A stretch of 64,000 bases of DNA from Bacteroidales bacterium (lineage in GTDB: Bacteria > Bacteroidota > Bacteroidia > Bacteroidales > JAIOZK01): assembly GCA_021740625.1 (NCBI GenBank), contig JAIOZK010000011.1, forward strand, positions 37,964-101,963, read 5' to 3'. Each line of letters opens with the position of its first letter. The first letter of the stretch is position 1. The notes beneath the pieces were generated by a model. It saw only the letters and a program-made list of their open reading frames with translations. It ran no database searches and had not been told where the DNA came from. The position numbers were made by a program, and so were the translations under genes. This document shows positions 46,172 through 56,619 of this stretch, in pieces.

Positions 46172-47419
46172 TCAGTCTTCCAGTGAATGCAACACCAGTC
46201 CGCTTCTAAGCTTGGGTTCGAACCAGGTTGTTTTGGGAGGCATGATGTTCCCACTGTCAGCAATATTGATCAATTGCTGCATGGAAACAGGATAAAGTGC
46301 AAAGGCCACTTCCATTTCCCCGCTGTCGACCCTTTTCTTTAATTCGCCGAGTCCGCGGATACCGCCCACAAAATCGATTCTTTTGGAACGCCTGAGGTCC
46401 TGAATGTCCAGGATGGGATCCAGCACCTCTTTGGTCAATATGGTTACATCCAGCACGCCAATGGGATCGTTGTCATCATAAGTATCCTCTTTTGCGGTCA
46501 TGCTGTACCATTCGCCATCCAGGTACATGCTGAAGTTATGTAGTTTATCGGGTTTATAAATCTCACTTCCCTTTTTCTCTACGACAAATCCTTTGTTCAG
46601 TTTTTCGATAAACTCCTCTTTCGACAAACCATTCAGGTCTTTCACCACGCGGTTGTAATCGATGATGTTCAACTGATCATCAGGGAAATGCACAGCCAGA
46701 AAGTAATTATATTCTTCTTTACCGGTATGATCGGGGTTGTTTTCCTTCTTTTCATTCCCGACCAGGGCGGCGGCAGCCGTTCTGTGATGCCCGTCAGCCA
46801 CATAAGTGGCCGGAAGCTTATCAAATTCCTCGATGATGGCATCTATCTTATCCTGATCCCGGATCACCCAGAAATGATGTCCCACACCGTCCTCGGCCGT
46901 AAAATCATACTCAGCTTTACCTGCTACAACTTCTGCAACAATATTGTCAATCCTTGGTACAGCAGAGTAAGAGAAAAAGACAGGCTCATAATTAAGATTG
47001 CTGGTCCGCACATGATTCATCCGGTCTTCTTCCTTATCCGGACGCGTCAATTCATGTTTTTTGATCACATTGTTCATATAATCTTCAACACCGGCACAAC
47101 CAACAATACCATACTGGGTTTTCCCATTCATGGTTTGTGCATACACGTAAAGGTAGTCCTGATCATCCTGGAAAAAGACTCCCTGCTTGTACATCCGCTG
47201 GAAATTTTCCTTGCCCTTTTCATAAACCTCATTTGAATAGGGGTTCAGGTCATCCGGGAGGTCCATCTCGGGTTTGATCACATGCAAAAAAGACAGCGGG
47301 TTGTCGCCTGCCTCTTGCCTGGCTTCTTCCTTGTTTAGCACATCATAGGGCCTGGAGGCGATCAGGCTTGCTTTTTCTTTTACCGGTCTGATTCCTTTGA
47401 ATGCTTTTAATATTGCCAT
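46172..47419 (-). CDS. DUF1015-family protein
   Basis: The N-terminus MAILKAFKGIRP...ASRPYDV and the motifs ADGHHR and DYNRVV are family hallmarks. Its position next to serA/serC is typical. Confidence 0.8.
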   Translation of the reverse strand: MAILKAFKGIRPVKEKASLIASRPYDVLNKEEARQEAGDNPLSFLHVIKPEMDLPDDLNPYSNEVYEKGKENFQRMYKQGVFFQDDQDYLYVYAQTMNGKTQYGIVGCAGVEDYMNNVIKKHELTRPDKEEDRMNHVRTSNLNYEPVFFSYSAVPRIDNIVAEVVAGKAEYDFTAEDGVGHHFWVIRDQDKIDAIIEEFDKLPATYVADGHHRTAAAALVGNEKKENNPDHTGKEEYNYFLAVHFPDDQLNIIDYNRVVKDLNGLSKEEFIEKLNKGFVVEKKGSEIYKPDKLHNFSMYLDGEWYSMTAKEDTYDDNDPIGVLDVTILTKEVLDPILDIQDLRRSKRIDFVGGIRGLGELKKRVDSGEMEVAFALYPVSMQQLINIADSGNIMPPKTTWFEPKLRSGLVLHSLED

Positions 47420-47491
47420 TATCGTACTTTTTAGTTAAACTGGTTTAACAAATAAATTTGAAAAATAATAAGATGCAAAGAAACAAGGTGT

Positions 47492-47899
47492 TCAATCGTC
47501 ATCCTGGTTGTTATGGTTGTTTCTTTGCAAAGAGGAAATCAAAGCACCCAGCATTTTCGTCATTTCCATCAGGCTGGTTCTTGACTCCTCTTCCTGAAGC
47601 TCATCGATCAATTTCAGGTTAATGCATACTGATGTCAGGACCAAGCACTCCCGCACAGCGCTTTTGGCCATTTTCAGATAATAAATAAATTGATTTTTGT
47701 TTCTCGCGGAGCCTTCTGCAATGTTTAGCGATATCGCCTGGGCTGATGCGGTGAATTTTTCCGCAAGTCCATTTGTTTTTTCAACAGGAAAGTTCGTTAC
47801 GGCATCATGAACCCAGGTAATATAGTCGAGCGATTTGTGGTATATCCTCAAATCCTCGAAGCGGAAAAAGGTCACTTGCCTTTCGGTTGCTTGTTCCAT
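47492..47899 (-). CDS. Four-helix-bundle protein (23S rRNA intervening-sequence protein family)
   Basis: The 135-aa protein has F.FEDL.IY..S....., IAEGSAR and Y..A..S..E in the usual order for this family. Confidence 0.75.
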   Translation of the reverse strand: MEQATERQVTFFRFEDLRIYHKSLDYITWVHDAVTNFPVEKTNGLAEKFTASAQAISLNIAEGSARNKNQFIYYLKMAKSAVRECLVLTSVCINLKLIDELQEEESRTSLMEMTKMLGALISSLQRNNHNNQDDD

Positions 47900-47950
47900 A
47901 TTGTTAGTTTTATCTGGTTATTGGTTTGGTTTGCATATCGATCGTTGAGG

Positions 47951-48871
47951 CTAGTTAACCTTGAACTGCGTATCGCCCTTTTCAAGGTAATTGATAATCT
48001 GGTTGGCCGCTGCAATGCCTGCATTGATATTGGCTTCTGCTGTTTGTGCCCCCATTTTCTTGGGTGTAAAAAAGAAACGGCCGGCATATTTTTCTTCTAT
48101 TTCACTGGCACAATCTGGTGCAATATCTGAAATATATTTAAAATCAGACCGTTGCGCGAACATCTTTAAAAGATCATCCTCATGTACTACTTCTTTCCGG
48201 GCTGTATTAACCAGTACAGCTTTTTCAGGCATTTTTGAAAGCAACTCGTAATTAATCGATTTTTTGGTCTTCTCGTTGGCCGGAATATGCAAGGAAATGT
48301 ACTGGCATTTTGAATATAGATCATCCTGGCTATCCAGGGCTTTTACTCCCTCGTTCTCTATTTCATCTTTTGCAATGAAAGGATCAAAAGCATAGGGGAT
48401 CATGCCGAAACCTTTCGCGATCCTGGCAACATATTTCCCTACATTCCCAAATGCATGGATCCCAAGCTTTTTGCCTTTCAACTCTGTTCCCGCAGTTCCG
48501 TTGAACTCATTTCTGGCCAGGTACACCATCATACCAAGCGCAAGTTCTGCTACTGCATTGGAGTTCTGCCCGGGGGTGTTCATGACCACAACATCTTTGG
48601 CTGTTGCAGCTTCCAGGTCCACGTTATCGTAGCCTGCACCACCTCTCACAATGATTTTCAAATTATCCGCATTTTCTATAACCTCACGGGTAACTTTATC
48701 GCTTCTTACGATCAAGGCATCAACATCTTTAACAGCGTTTACCAGTTCAGATTGTTCCTGGTATTTTTCAAGCAATGCAACTTCATATCCTGCATTGGAA
48801 AAAATTTCCTTCATCTGTTCCACAGCTTTTGGAGCAAATGGTTTCACGGTTCCGATAAGTACTTTTGTCAT
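47951..48871 (-). CDS. serA: D-3-phosphoglycerate dehydrogenase (D-2-hydroxyacid dehydrogenase family)
   Basis: It has an NAD-binding motif (GIHAFGNVGKYVA) and the catalytic-region pattern RGGAGYDNVD. It sits immediately downstream of serC. Confidence 0.85.
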   Translation of the reverse strand: MTKVLIGTVKPFAPKAVEQMKEIFSNAGYEVALLEKYQEQSELVNAVKDVDALIVRSDKVTREVIENADNLKIIVRGGAGYDNVDLEAATAKDVVVMNTPGQNSNAVAELALGMMVYLARNEFNGTAGTELKGKKLGIHAFGNVGKYVARIAKGFGMIPYAFDPFIAKDEIENEGVKALDSQDDLYSKCQYISLHIPANEKTKKSINYELLSKMPEKAVLVNTARKEVVHEDDLLKMFAQRSDFKYISDIAPDCASEIEEKYAGRFFFTPKKMGAQTAEANINAGIAAANQIINYLEKGDTQFKVN

Positions 48872-48916
48872 GATAAAATAATTTTTTTTGTTTGTTTGAA
48901 AAGCCTGAAATCAGGA

Positions 48917-49987
48917 TTAATGTTTTTTCTCAAATTCCTGCATCACTTCAATAAGTGCCTCAACACTTTCGATTGGCAGGGCATTGTATGTGGAAGCCCT
49001 GAAACCGCCAACCGAACGGTGTCCTTTGATCCCGATCATGCCTTGTGATGTGGCCAGTTCCATGAAATCTTTTTCGTAATCTTCAAAGCCATCATTCATT
49101 ACGAAACAAATATTCATGAAGGAGCGATCGGCTGGATCGGTGACGGTACCCTTGAAACATTTGTTCCTTTCGATTTCACTGTAAAGCAGGTTCGCTTTTT
49201 GTTCTGCGCGTTTTTGCATTGCTGCTACGCCCCCGTTTTCCTTGATCCACCTCAGGGTCATCAGTGAGGCATAAATGGGGAGGCAGGGAGGAGTATTGAA
49301 CATAGAACCTTTATCTATGTGCGTCTGATAATTCAGCATGGTTGGAATGGGACGGTCAACTTTTCCCAGGGCATCATTTTTTATGATCACAAATGTAACA
49401 CCTGCAGGCCCCAGATTTTTCTGTGCTCCGCCATAGATCACAGTATACTTGGAAACATCCAGGGTTCTGCTGAAAATATCAGACGACATGTCAGCAATCA
49501 GGGGAACCCCCACTTCCAGGTCTTCCCGGATCTCCGTTCCGTAAATAGTATTGTTTGTGGTGATGTGAAAATAATCGGCATCTTCCGGTACAGTGTATCC
49601 CTTGGGTATATAGTTGAATGTTTTATCCTCGGAGGTGGCCACAACATCAACTTCACCAAAAAACTTGGCTTCTTTGATGGCCTTTTTGGCCCAGGCACCG
49701 GTATTCAGGTAAGCTGCCTTTTTGTTGAAAAAATTAAAGGGGATCATGGCAAACTGGGTACTGGCACCACCTCCCATGAACAAAACAGAATAACCCTCGG
49801 GAATATTGAGGAGCTCTTTGAAAAGATCCTGGGCCTCGTCAATAACAGCCTGAAATTCTTTACTTCTATGTGATATCTCCATGATGGATAATCCGATCCC
49901 GTTCAGGTCCTGAACAGCTTTTGCAGTATTTTCAATCGTAAATTGAGGTAAAATTGAAGGACCTGCGTAAAAGTTATGCTTTTTCAT
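48917..49987 (-). CDS. serC: Phosphoserine aminotransferase
   Basis: The motifs [25 protein letters not shown] and YGGAQKN.GPAG are class-V aminotransferase SerC signatures. Confidence 0.92.
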   Translation of the reverse strand: MKKHNFYAGPSILPQFTIENTAKAVQDLNGIGLSIMEISHRSKEFQAVIDEAQDLFKELLNIPEGYSVLFMGGGASTQFAMIPFNFFNKKAAYLNTGAWAKKAIKEAKFFGEVDVVATSEDKTFNYIPKGYTVPEDADYFHITTNNTIYGTEIREDLEVGVPLIADMSSDIFSRTLDVSKYTVIYGGAQKNLGPAGVTFVIIKNDALGKVDRPIPTMLNYQTHIDKGSMFNTPPCLPIYASLMTLRWIKENGGVAAMQKRAEQKANLLYSEIERNKCFKGTVTDPADRSFMNICFVMNDGFEDYEKDFMELATSQGMIGIKGHRSVGGFRASTYNALPIESVEALIEVMQEFEKKH

Positions 49988-50129
49988 ATCAATATGTAAT
50001 TTTGATTTTGGTTAAAAAATCCGTTAATTTGGTCACCATAAATACGCTAAGCAAAGATAAAACTTTTATTCATACTTGACAGGTTGGGCGGGATTTTTAA
50101 TCATTATTTAACCTCGGTATATTGGTAAC

Positions 50130-51182
50130 ATGAAACTGGAAAAAAGACTGAAGGCATTTGCAGATCTCGGCAAGATTCTTCGAGATTTCGTACAGGGTTC
50201 GTTTAATGGGGCAGATAAGGGAATGCTGGAAAAGATTGTCGATAAAGCCTCGTATGAAAATCCATGGTTCGTGAAAGAACATATCCTTTATGCTTTTAGG
50301 AGTATCGGTGAGATGCTCCATGAAGCTGAATTGAAGAAATGGATCAAAAAATACCCAGAACTCCCTGAAGGTCGCTTTAATGCCCGAAGAGTAGGGGTGG
50401 TGATGGCTGGAAATATCCCCGCTGTTGGATTTCATGATTTTCTATGTGTACTGATGTCAGGACATCATTTTGCAGGAAAACTTTCGAGCCAGGACCAGGT
50501 CATTCTTCCCGGACTGGCAGGCATACTCACCGATCTTGAACCTGGATTTAAAGATTCTATTAGCTTTACCGAAGGCATCCTGGAAAACTTTGACGCGATC
50601 ATTGCCACGGGAAGTGACAACAGCGCCAGGTATTTTGAGTATTATTTCGGAAGGTATCCCAGCATCATCAGAAAGAACAGAAATGGGATTGCCGTTCTGA
50701 ATGGCAATGAAAATGATGAAGATCTGAGCAGGCTTGCAAAAGACATTTTCCTGTATTTCGGCCTTGGCTGCCGGAATGTCTCCAAACTATATGTTCCGCA
50801 GAATTATGATTTTGATAAGCTGGTAAAAAATTTCCGGAAATATGAATATGTGATCGACAATCATAAATACCGGAATAATTATGATTATTTCAAATCCATC
50901 TATATGATCAATCAGGAAGAATATCACGACAATGGATTTGTGCTGCTTAAAGAAGACAGGCGCATCGCTTCACCGGTCTCGGTTTTGCTTTTTGAAAAGT
51001 ATAATGATACGGAATCAGTCAACAGCATCATAGAAGAAAGAAAGGAAGAGATCCAATGTATTGTATCAAAGCTGAAAGATATCAAGAACAAAAAGATTGA
51101 ATTCGGGCAATCACAGGACCCGGGAATTTCCGATTATGCAGATGATATCGATACCATGCGATTTTTAAATTTCCTGAATTAA
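50130..51182 (+). CDS. Acyl-CoA reductase (LuxC-like) family protein
   Basis: The call rests on length, the N-terminal pattern (LGKIL..F.........L...V.KA..ENPWF) and the motif GNIP.VGFHD. This is family recall at moderate certainty. Confidence 0.6.
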   Translation: MKLEKRLKAFADLGKILRDFVQGSFNGADKGMLEKIVDKASYENPWFVKEHILYAFRSIGEMLHEAELKKWIKKYPELPEGRFNARRVGVVMAGNIPAVGFHDFLCVLMSGHHFAGKLSSQDQVILPGLAGILTDLEPGFKDSISFTEGILENFDAIIATGSDNSARYFEYYFGRYPSIIRKNRNGIAVLNGNENDEDLSRLAKDIFLYFGLGCRNVSKLYVPQNYDFDKLVKNFRKYEYVIDNHKYRNNYDYFKSIYMINQEEYHDNGFVLLKEDRRIASPVSVLLFEKYNDTESVNSIIEERKEEIQCIVSKLKDIKNKKIEFGQSQDPGISDYADDIDTMRFLNFLN

Positions 51183-51194
51183 TACGGTTATTGC

Positions 51195-51225
51195 TTTGCA
51201 TTTCTAATTTTTTTCTCTAATTTTG
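51195..51225 (+). promoter_or_regulatory. Bacteroidota-type promoter (-33 TTTG, -7 TAatTTTG) for rpmE2
   Basis: TTTG lies at 51195-51198 and TAATTTTG at 51218-51225, with a 19-nt spacer. The -7 box ends 27 nt before the ATG. Confidence 0.5.
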
Positions 51226-51252
51226 CACCCCTAAAAATTAAGGCTTAGAAAA

Positions 51253-51531
51253 ATGAAAAAAGATATTCATCCAAAGGACTATGGTTATGTTGTTTTTAAA
51301 GACATGTCGAATGATTATTCATTCCTGACAAAGTCAACAGCCAAATCAAAGGAAAAGATCAAGTGGGAAGACGGAAATGAGTATCCGCTCATCAAGCTGG
51401 AAATTTCACATACCTCACACCCCTTCTTCACAGGCAAGATGAAACTTGTGGATACAGCAGGTCGTGTCGATAAGTTCAAAAACCGCTACAAAAAGCATTA
51501 CGATAAAAAGAATCAAACTGAGAAAAAATAA
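51253..51531 (+). CDS. rpmE2: 50S ribosomal protein L31, type B (non-zinc form)
   Basis: It begins [10 protein letters not shown] and contains HPFFTGK. The CxxC zinc knuckle is absent and the size is about 90 aa. Confidence 0.9.
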   Translation: MKKDIHPKDYGYVVFKDMSNDYSFLTKSTAKSKEKIKWEDGNEYPLIKLEISHTSHPFFTGKMKLVDTAGRVDKFKNRYKKHYDKKNQTEKK

Positions 51532-51540
51532 AAAAATGAG

Positions 51541-51570
51541 AGGCTGTCCCAAAAGACAGCCTTTTTTTTA
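51541..51570 (+). terminator. Rho-independent terminator after rpmE2
   Basis: The 8-bp stem AGGCTGTC / GACAGCCT has a 6-nt loop and is followed by T8. Confidence 0.8.
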
Positions 51571-51652
51571 ACAATCCCCTTCATTTATCAACATTCCGAC
51601 TTTTTCATGCAAATAAAAAGCATGAACAATTGTCATATTAATACTGTTCCGT

Positions 51653-51660
51653 TATTTTTG
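51653..51660 (+). promoter_or_regulatory. Bacteroidota-type -7 box (TAttTTTG)
   Basis: It ends 22 nt upstream of the ATG at 51683. Confidence 0.4.
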
Positions 51661-51682
51661 TGAAAAATATAAATAATATCTC

Positions 51683-52867
51683 ATGAACTATATATTGTTT
51701 GACAATTTCAGAAGGAACTACCTGCTTCCCCTTTCTTTCATACGTCCCGTAGCCGATTGCCGCATCGGGATTTTAACAATCAGGGAAAAGTGGGAAAAGT
51801 ACCTGGGTGTCAGCACCTCATCTCTAACAGAGGAATATCTCAGTTATAAATATCCTATTGTTAAGGCCGAAGATAATATCCTCATCAACGGTTCGGTATG
51901 TCCAACGCCTGAGCTGGCACAACAGGTAAAAGGTCTGAAACCCAAAGAGGCACTGGTATCAGATACCATCATTATTGCCCTGCACGTTGAAGCTGACGAC
52001 CTGGATAAAGTGGGTGAAGGCGACACAGAAGGCATCAATGAGGTGATGACTGAAGCCAATTATATCAAATTGAACAATACATGGGATATTTATGCAAAAA
52101 ATGCAGAAGCAATACAAGAAGATTTTAAACTGATCACACATGCAAGAAAGTCTGAGAAAATCAGCACAACCAATAAGGTAACGGCTCCTGAAAATATTTT
52201 TATCGAGGAAGGAGCCATCCTTGAACATACCTATATCAATGCATCTGATGGTCCGGTTTATATCGGCAAAAACGCACACGTGATGGAAGGCAGTATGATC
52301 CGTGGACCGGTAGCCGTAGGTGATCATGCAGTATTGAAAATGGGAGCCAAGATCTATGGAGGCACCACCATCGGGCCCCATTCAAAAATCGGAGGGGAAG
52401 TAAACAACAGCGTTTTCTTTGGATATTCAAACAAAGCACACGACGGTTTCATCGGTAATTCTGTAATTGGTGAATGGTGCAATATGGGTGCAGGAACCAA
52501 CAATTCAAACCTGAAAAACACCTACGATATCGTGCGCCTATGGAGTTATCCCGACCAGACTTTTGTAGACACCGGTCAACAGTTTTGTGGGCTGATTATG
52601 GGCGACCATACAAAATGCGGGATTAACACCATGTTCAATACGGGCACGGTAATCGGCATCAATGTGAATATATACGGACCCGGGTTCCAGAGAAATTTTG
52701 TACCCTCTTTCTCATGGGGTGGTACAAGCGGTTTTACGCACTATGATTTGGATAAGGCCATTGATGTAGCACGCATCGTTTACAAAAGACGAAATATGGA
52801 GCTTGACATCCGAGAAGAGAAAATTCTCAGGGAAGTTTACCGTCTTACTTTCAAACACAAGAAATAA
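51683..52867 (+). CDS. GlmU-like sugar-nucleotidyltransferase / left-handed beta-helix protein
   Basis: The C-terminal half is made of hexapeptide (LbH) repeats (IG.NA.V.EGS.I.GPV.VGD.A.L.MGAKIYGGTTIGPHSKIGGEV). The N-terminal domain resembles a nucleotidyltransferase. Confidence 0.65.
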   Translation: MNYILFDNFRRNYLLPLSFIRPVADCRIGILTIREKWEKYLGVSTSSLTEEYLSYKYPIVKAEDNILINGSVCPTPELAQQVKGLKPKEALVSDTIIIALHVEADDLDKVGEGDTEGINEVMTEANYIKLNNTWDIYAKNAEAIQEDFKLITHARKSEKISTTNKVTAPENIFIEEGAILEHTYINASDGPVYIGKNAHVMEGSMIRGPVAVGDHAVLKMGAKIYGGTTIGPHSKIGGEVNNSVFFGYSNKAHDGFIGNSVIGEWCNMGAGTNNSNLKNTYDIVRLWSYPDQTFVDTGQQFCGLIMGDHTKCGINTMFNTGTVIGINVNIYGPGFQRNFVPSFSWGGTSGFTHYDLDKAIDVARIVYKRRNMELDIREEKILREVYRLTFKHKK

Positions 52868-52926
52868 TTGCCGAAATCCATTGGCATTAATATTGTCAAA
52901 TTCCCATACATTAAATGATAAGATGA

Positions 52927-52968
52927 CTTGATAATCCTGTGTTTCTTGATTATCAGGTCCTTTTGTTT
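52927..52968 (+). terminator. Probable terminator after the GlmU-like gene
   Basis: The stem CTTGATAATC / GATTATCAGG is 10 bp including one G-U pair, with an 11-nt loop. A T-rich tail (tccttttgttt) follows. Confidence 0.4.
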
Positions 52969-52975
52969 ACTTTTG
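52968..52975 (+). promoter_or_regulatory. Bacteroidota-type -7 box (TActTTTG) upstream of lon
   Basis: TACTTTTG ends 70 nt upstream of the lon ATG. Confidence 0.35.
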
Positions 52976-53045
52976 CAATGAAAAGAGATTAAACTCAGTC
53001 AATATATTTTGATCAGACTGTCATATTGGCGCAAAGAACATTTTT

Positions 53046-55490
53046 ATGAAGAACTTATTCGAACAGGAAACTTTTGATTTTTCGGACATAATGGATGCGG
53101 AAACTGAATTTATTCCTCTATTATCTTCAGAGGATGAGGAGCAGATGAATGCAGAAGAAATTCCAGAATCCCTGCCTATTTTACCGTTAAGAAATACAGT
53201 TCTGTTTCCGGGGGTGGTCATCCCCATCACCATTGGAAGGGACAAATCCATAAAACTCATCAAGGAAGCATACAAAAGCAAGGAACCTTTTGGCGTAGTG
53301 GCTCAGAAAGATGTTGAGGTGGAAGATCCGGGCTTTAATGATCTCAATAAAGTAGGCACTGTTGCCAAGGTGATCAAGATTTTGCAAATGCCCGATGGCT
53401 CAACAACCGCCATCATTCAGGGTAAAAAGAGATTTCGCCTGATGGAATTGATACAGGATGAACCTTATTTCAGGGCCAGTGTTCGTGAATTCGACCGGGA
53501 AGAATTTGAAAAATACGATACACAGTTCACCGCCCTGATCGACTCCTTGAAGGATCTGTCGATACAGATCATCAAGCAATCACCCAACATTCCTTCTGAA
53601 GCAAGCTTTGCTATCAAAAACATCGAATCCCCGGTTTTCCTGGTAAACTTCATCAGTTCTAATCTGAACATTGATGTAAAGGCAAAACAGAAACTACTAG
53701 AGATCAATAATCTGCAGGAGAGAGCCAACAAAGTGCTGGGGTCTTTATCCAAAGAGATGCAGATGCTGGAATTGAAAAATCAGATCCAGAGCAAGGTAAA
53801 GACTGATATGGATAAGCAACAACGCGATTATTTGCTCAACCAGCAGTTGAAAACCATACAGGAAGAATTGGGCGGAAGCCCAAATGAACTTGAGATCAGG
53901 GATCTTAAAGAAAAGGCAAAAGGAAAAAAATGGTCTGAGGATATTGAAGAAACTTTTGAAAAGGAGCTGACCAAACTAGAGCGCATGAATCCGCAGGCTG
54001 CTGAATATTCTATACAGGTGAATTACCTGGAAATGCTGGTTGAACTGCCCTGGAACGAATATACCAAAGACAACCTCGACCTGGATCATGCACAGAAAAT
54101 TCTTGATGAGGATCATTACGGATTGGAAAAAGTGAAGGAAAGGATCATTGAATACCTTGCAGTGATCAAATTGAAAAAGGACCTGAAATCTCCTATATTA
54201 TGCCTGGTAGGCCCTCCGGGGGTTGGTAAAACCTCGCTCGGAAGATCCATCGGCAGGGCACTCGGCAGAAAATACATCCGCATGTCGCTGGGTGGTGTAA
54301 GAGATGAGGCAGAATTGCGTGGACACCGCAAAACTTATATCGGTGCCATGCCGGGCAGGATCATCCAAAGACTGAAAAAGGCCAAATCTTCCAATCCGGT
54401 TTTCGTGCTGGATGAGATTGATAAGGTGAGTGGTGCAAATATCAACGGGGATCCGCAAGCTGCCCTGCTGGAAATACTTGATCCTGAGCAAAACAATAAT
54501 TTTTACGATAATTATCTGGAAACAGAATATGATCTCTCAAAGGTAATGTTCATTGGCACGGCCAATACACTGGCTACTGTGCATCCAGCGCTTCGCGACA
54601 GGATGGAAGTGATCTACATCAGCGGTTACCTCATGGAGGAGAAAGTGCAGATTGCCAAACGGCATCTCATACCAAAACAATACAAGGAACACGGCATCAA
54701 AAAGAACCAACTCACCTTCTCAAAAGCCATCCTGGAAAAGATCATTGAAGACTATACCCGGGAAGCAGGGGTGAGGTCACTGGAAAAAAGAATATCCAAG
54801 ATCATCCGCTACAATGCTAAATTCATTGCCATGAACAAGGATTACAATGTCAAGGTGAATGAAGATGACCTTGTGAAAATCCTCGGACCGGCCAATTACC
54901 AGAAAGACCGCAGCATCAGCAACAAGGTGCCGGGAGTGGTCACCGGACTTGCGTGGACCGTTGTAGGCGGAGAGATCCTGTTCGTTGAAGTTAGCCTGAG
55001 CCCGGGAAAAGGAAACCTGACCTTAACGGGAAACCTGGGTGATGTTATGAAAGAGAGTGCCACCATTGCCTTTGAATATTTAAAAGCACATACCAGCAAA
55101 CTCGGCATCAAACCCGAGCTGTTTAAAAAGTACAATGTCCACATTCACATTCCCGAAGGGGCTACTCCAAAAGACGGACCTTCAGCAGGAATAACCATTT
55201 TTACTGCATTGGCATCGGCATTTACACGCCGCAAAGTAAAATCCAAGATCGCCATGACCGGGGAAATCACGCTGCGCGGCAAAGTATTGCCGGTGGGTGG
55301 TATCAAGGAAAAAATACTTGCTGCCAAACGCGCTAAGATCAAAGACATCATTTTATCAAAAGAAAACATCAAAGACATCAAGGATATCAAAGAAGATTAT
55401 ATCAAAGGACTGCGATTCCATTACGTAGATGAAATGATTGAAATTGTGGATCTTGCATTGCTTAAGGAAAAAGGGAGGAAGGCTGTTTAG
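53046..55490 (+). CDS. lon: ATP-dependent Lon protease (endopeptidase La)
   Basis: It has the LON N-domain ([19 protein letters not shown]) and Walker [10 protein letters not shown]. The motif DEIDK and the proteolytic-site motif [10 protein letters not shown] are also present. Confidence 0.97.
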   Translation: MKNLFEQETFDFSDIMDAETEFIPLLSSEDEEQMNAEEIPESLPILPLRNTVLFPGVVIPITIGRDKSIKLIKEAYKSKEPFGVVAQKDVEVEDPGFNDLNKVGTVAKVIKILQMPDGSTTAIIQGKKRFRLMELIQDEPYFRASVREFDREEFEKYDTQFTALIDSLKDLSIQIIKQSPNIPSEASFAIKNIESPVFLVNFISSNLNIDVKAKQKLLEINNLQERANKVLGSLSKEMQMLELKNQIQSKVKTDMDKQQRDYLLNQQLKTIQEELGGSPNELEIRDLKEKAKGKKWSEDIEETFEKELTKLERMNPQAAEYSIQVNYLEMLVELPWNEYTKDNLDLDHAQKILDEDHYGLEKVKERIIEYLAVIKLKKDLKSPILCLVGPPGVGKTSLGRSIGRALGRKYIRMSLGGVRDEAELRGHRKTYIGAMPGRIIQRLKKAKSSNPVFVLDEIDKVSGANINGDPQAALLEILDPEQNNNFYDNYLETEYDLSKVMFIGTANTLATVHPALRDRMEVIYISGYLMEEKVQIAKRHLIPKQYKEHGIKKNQLTFSKAILEKIIEDYTREAGVRSLEKRISKIIRYNAKFIAMNKDYNVKVNEDDLVKILGPANYQKDRSISNKVPGVVTGLAWTVVGGEILFVEVSLSPGKGNLTLTGNLGDVMKESATIAFEYLKAHTSKLGIKPELFKKYNVHIHIPEGATPKDGPSAGITIFTALASAFTRRKVKSKIAMTGEITLRGKVLPVGGIKEKILAAKRAKIKDIILSKENIKDIKDIKEDYIKGLRFHYVDEMIEIVDLALLKEKGRKAV

Positions 55491-55556
55491 TTTTGAGTTT
55501 TGAGTTCAGAAACTTCGAAATTCATTATTCATGGTTCAATATTCGACATTTTTTTT
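55491..55556 (+). repeat. Doubled-word 3' element after lon, ending in T8
   Basis: ttttgagttttgag, then ttcgaaattcattattcatggttcaatattcgacatttttttt. The word style resembles 26930-26962 (ttcattgttcattggtcattggtcattttt). It may also act as the lon terminator. Confidence 0.45.
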
Positions 55557-55573
55557 AATTCAGAATTTGCTCA

Positions 55574-56452
55574 TTAGATTTTATAGTTCAGCTTTTCCAT
55601 GATATATTGATACACTGCCGACATATCCTTATCTCCCAGACCGCTGGCTTTCGCGGCGCCATACAATTCCTTTCCGGCATTGAGTGATGGCAAGGCGCAA
55701 TTATTTTCAAAAGCACTTACACTGGCAAGGAATAAATCTTTGTGCATCCATTTCAGAGGAAACTCGGTCGGGTATTCATTGTTGATGAAATTTTCTTTTT
55801 TCAAACCTACAAAAGGAGCTGTCAGTGGACCACCGATCAGGATCTTGAATAATTTATCCCTGTCAAGCCCAAGGCTTTTCCCAAGTGTTATGCATTCGGA
55901 AAATGCAACCAGTGCCTGTCCAAGCATAGCATTTACAACCATTTTGGCAGATGTGCCATTGGCATTTTCACCCATGTAATGTGCGTTTTTTCCCATGAAT
56001 AAAAACATTTCTTCGAGCTGTTCAAAATCTTTTTTTTCACCCCCAACCAGGAATACGAGCTCTCCATTTTCTGCAGGAATAAGGGAGCCCGATACGGGGG
56101 CATCCATGAACCTGATACCGGCCTTTTCAGATTTTTTTGCCATTTCCCTTGTAAAGGAAGGATTGACAGTAGAGCAGTCCACCCAAAGGGCATTCTTGGG
56201 CATCTTATCCACGAAGCCATTTTCACCAAAAGCAACTTCCCGTACAACTTCAGGTGTGGAAAGCATGGTAAAGACAAGTGTGGTGTTTTGCGCCAGTTCT
56301 GCCGGAGTATCAAACCAGGCAGCTCCTTCAGCAAGCAGTTCATCTCCTTTTTCTTTTGTCCTGTTTGTGATGGCGAGATCCACCCCATTCTGCAATAAAT
56401 TTTTCGCCATGCGGCTTCCCATGATCCCAAGTCCAATAAATCCTGTTTTCAT
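55574..56452 (-). CDS. NAD(P)-dependent beta-hydroxyacid dehydrogenase family oxidoreductase
   Basis: It has an N-terminal Rossmann motif (GFIGLGIMGSRMAKNL) and the 3-hydroxyisobutyrate/6PGDH-like pattern (DAPVSG, K...N). Confidence 0.85.
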   Translation of the reverse strand: MKTGFIGLGIMGSRMAKNLLQNGVDLAITNRTKEKGDELLAEGAAWFDTPAELAQNTTLVFTMLSTPEVVREVAFGENGFVDKMPKNALWVDCSTVNPSFTREMAKKSEKAGIRFMDAPVSGSLIPAENGELVFLVGGEKKDFEQLEEMFLFMGKNAHYMGENANGTSAKMVVNAMLGQALVAFSECITLGKSLGLDRDKLFKILIGGPLTAPFVGLKKENFINNEYPTEFPLKWMHKDLFLASVSAFENNCALPSLNAGKELYGAAKASGLGDKDMSAVYQYIMEKLNYKI

Positions 56453-56619
56453 AATCGCTTTCCTTTTTTTGCAAAGGTATCAATCGTAAATCAATTTTAT
56501 AGTATTTAGCCGTCCATTCGTAAATCTGCGGGAAGAAAGTCAGCTTGCGTTTATGGAAGTTATGCGCTTTTATGCAACGATCCGCTTTATTTGATTGTCT
56601 GAGAACAAAAACATCTTTG

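Noticed and set aside
46205-46225. tRNA T-arm-like GGTTCGAAC sequences (also near 61157 and 7395)
   Set aside because: All lie inside well-supported coding regions. They lack a matching acceptor stem or anticodon arm. No tRNA genes are evident in the window.
55933-56489. Two long alternative-frame or antisense ORFs (167 and 164 aa) over the oxidoreductase gene
   Set aside because: The 292-aa minus-strand frame has a clear Rossmann motif and family pattern. The other frames are compositional artefacts.
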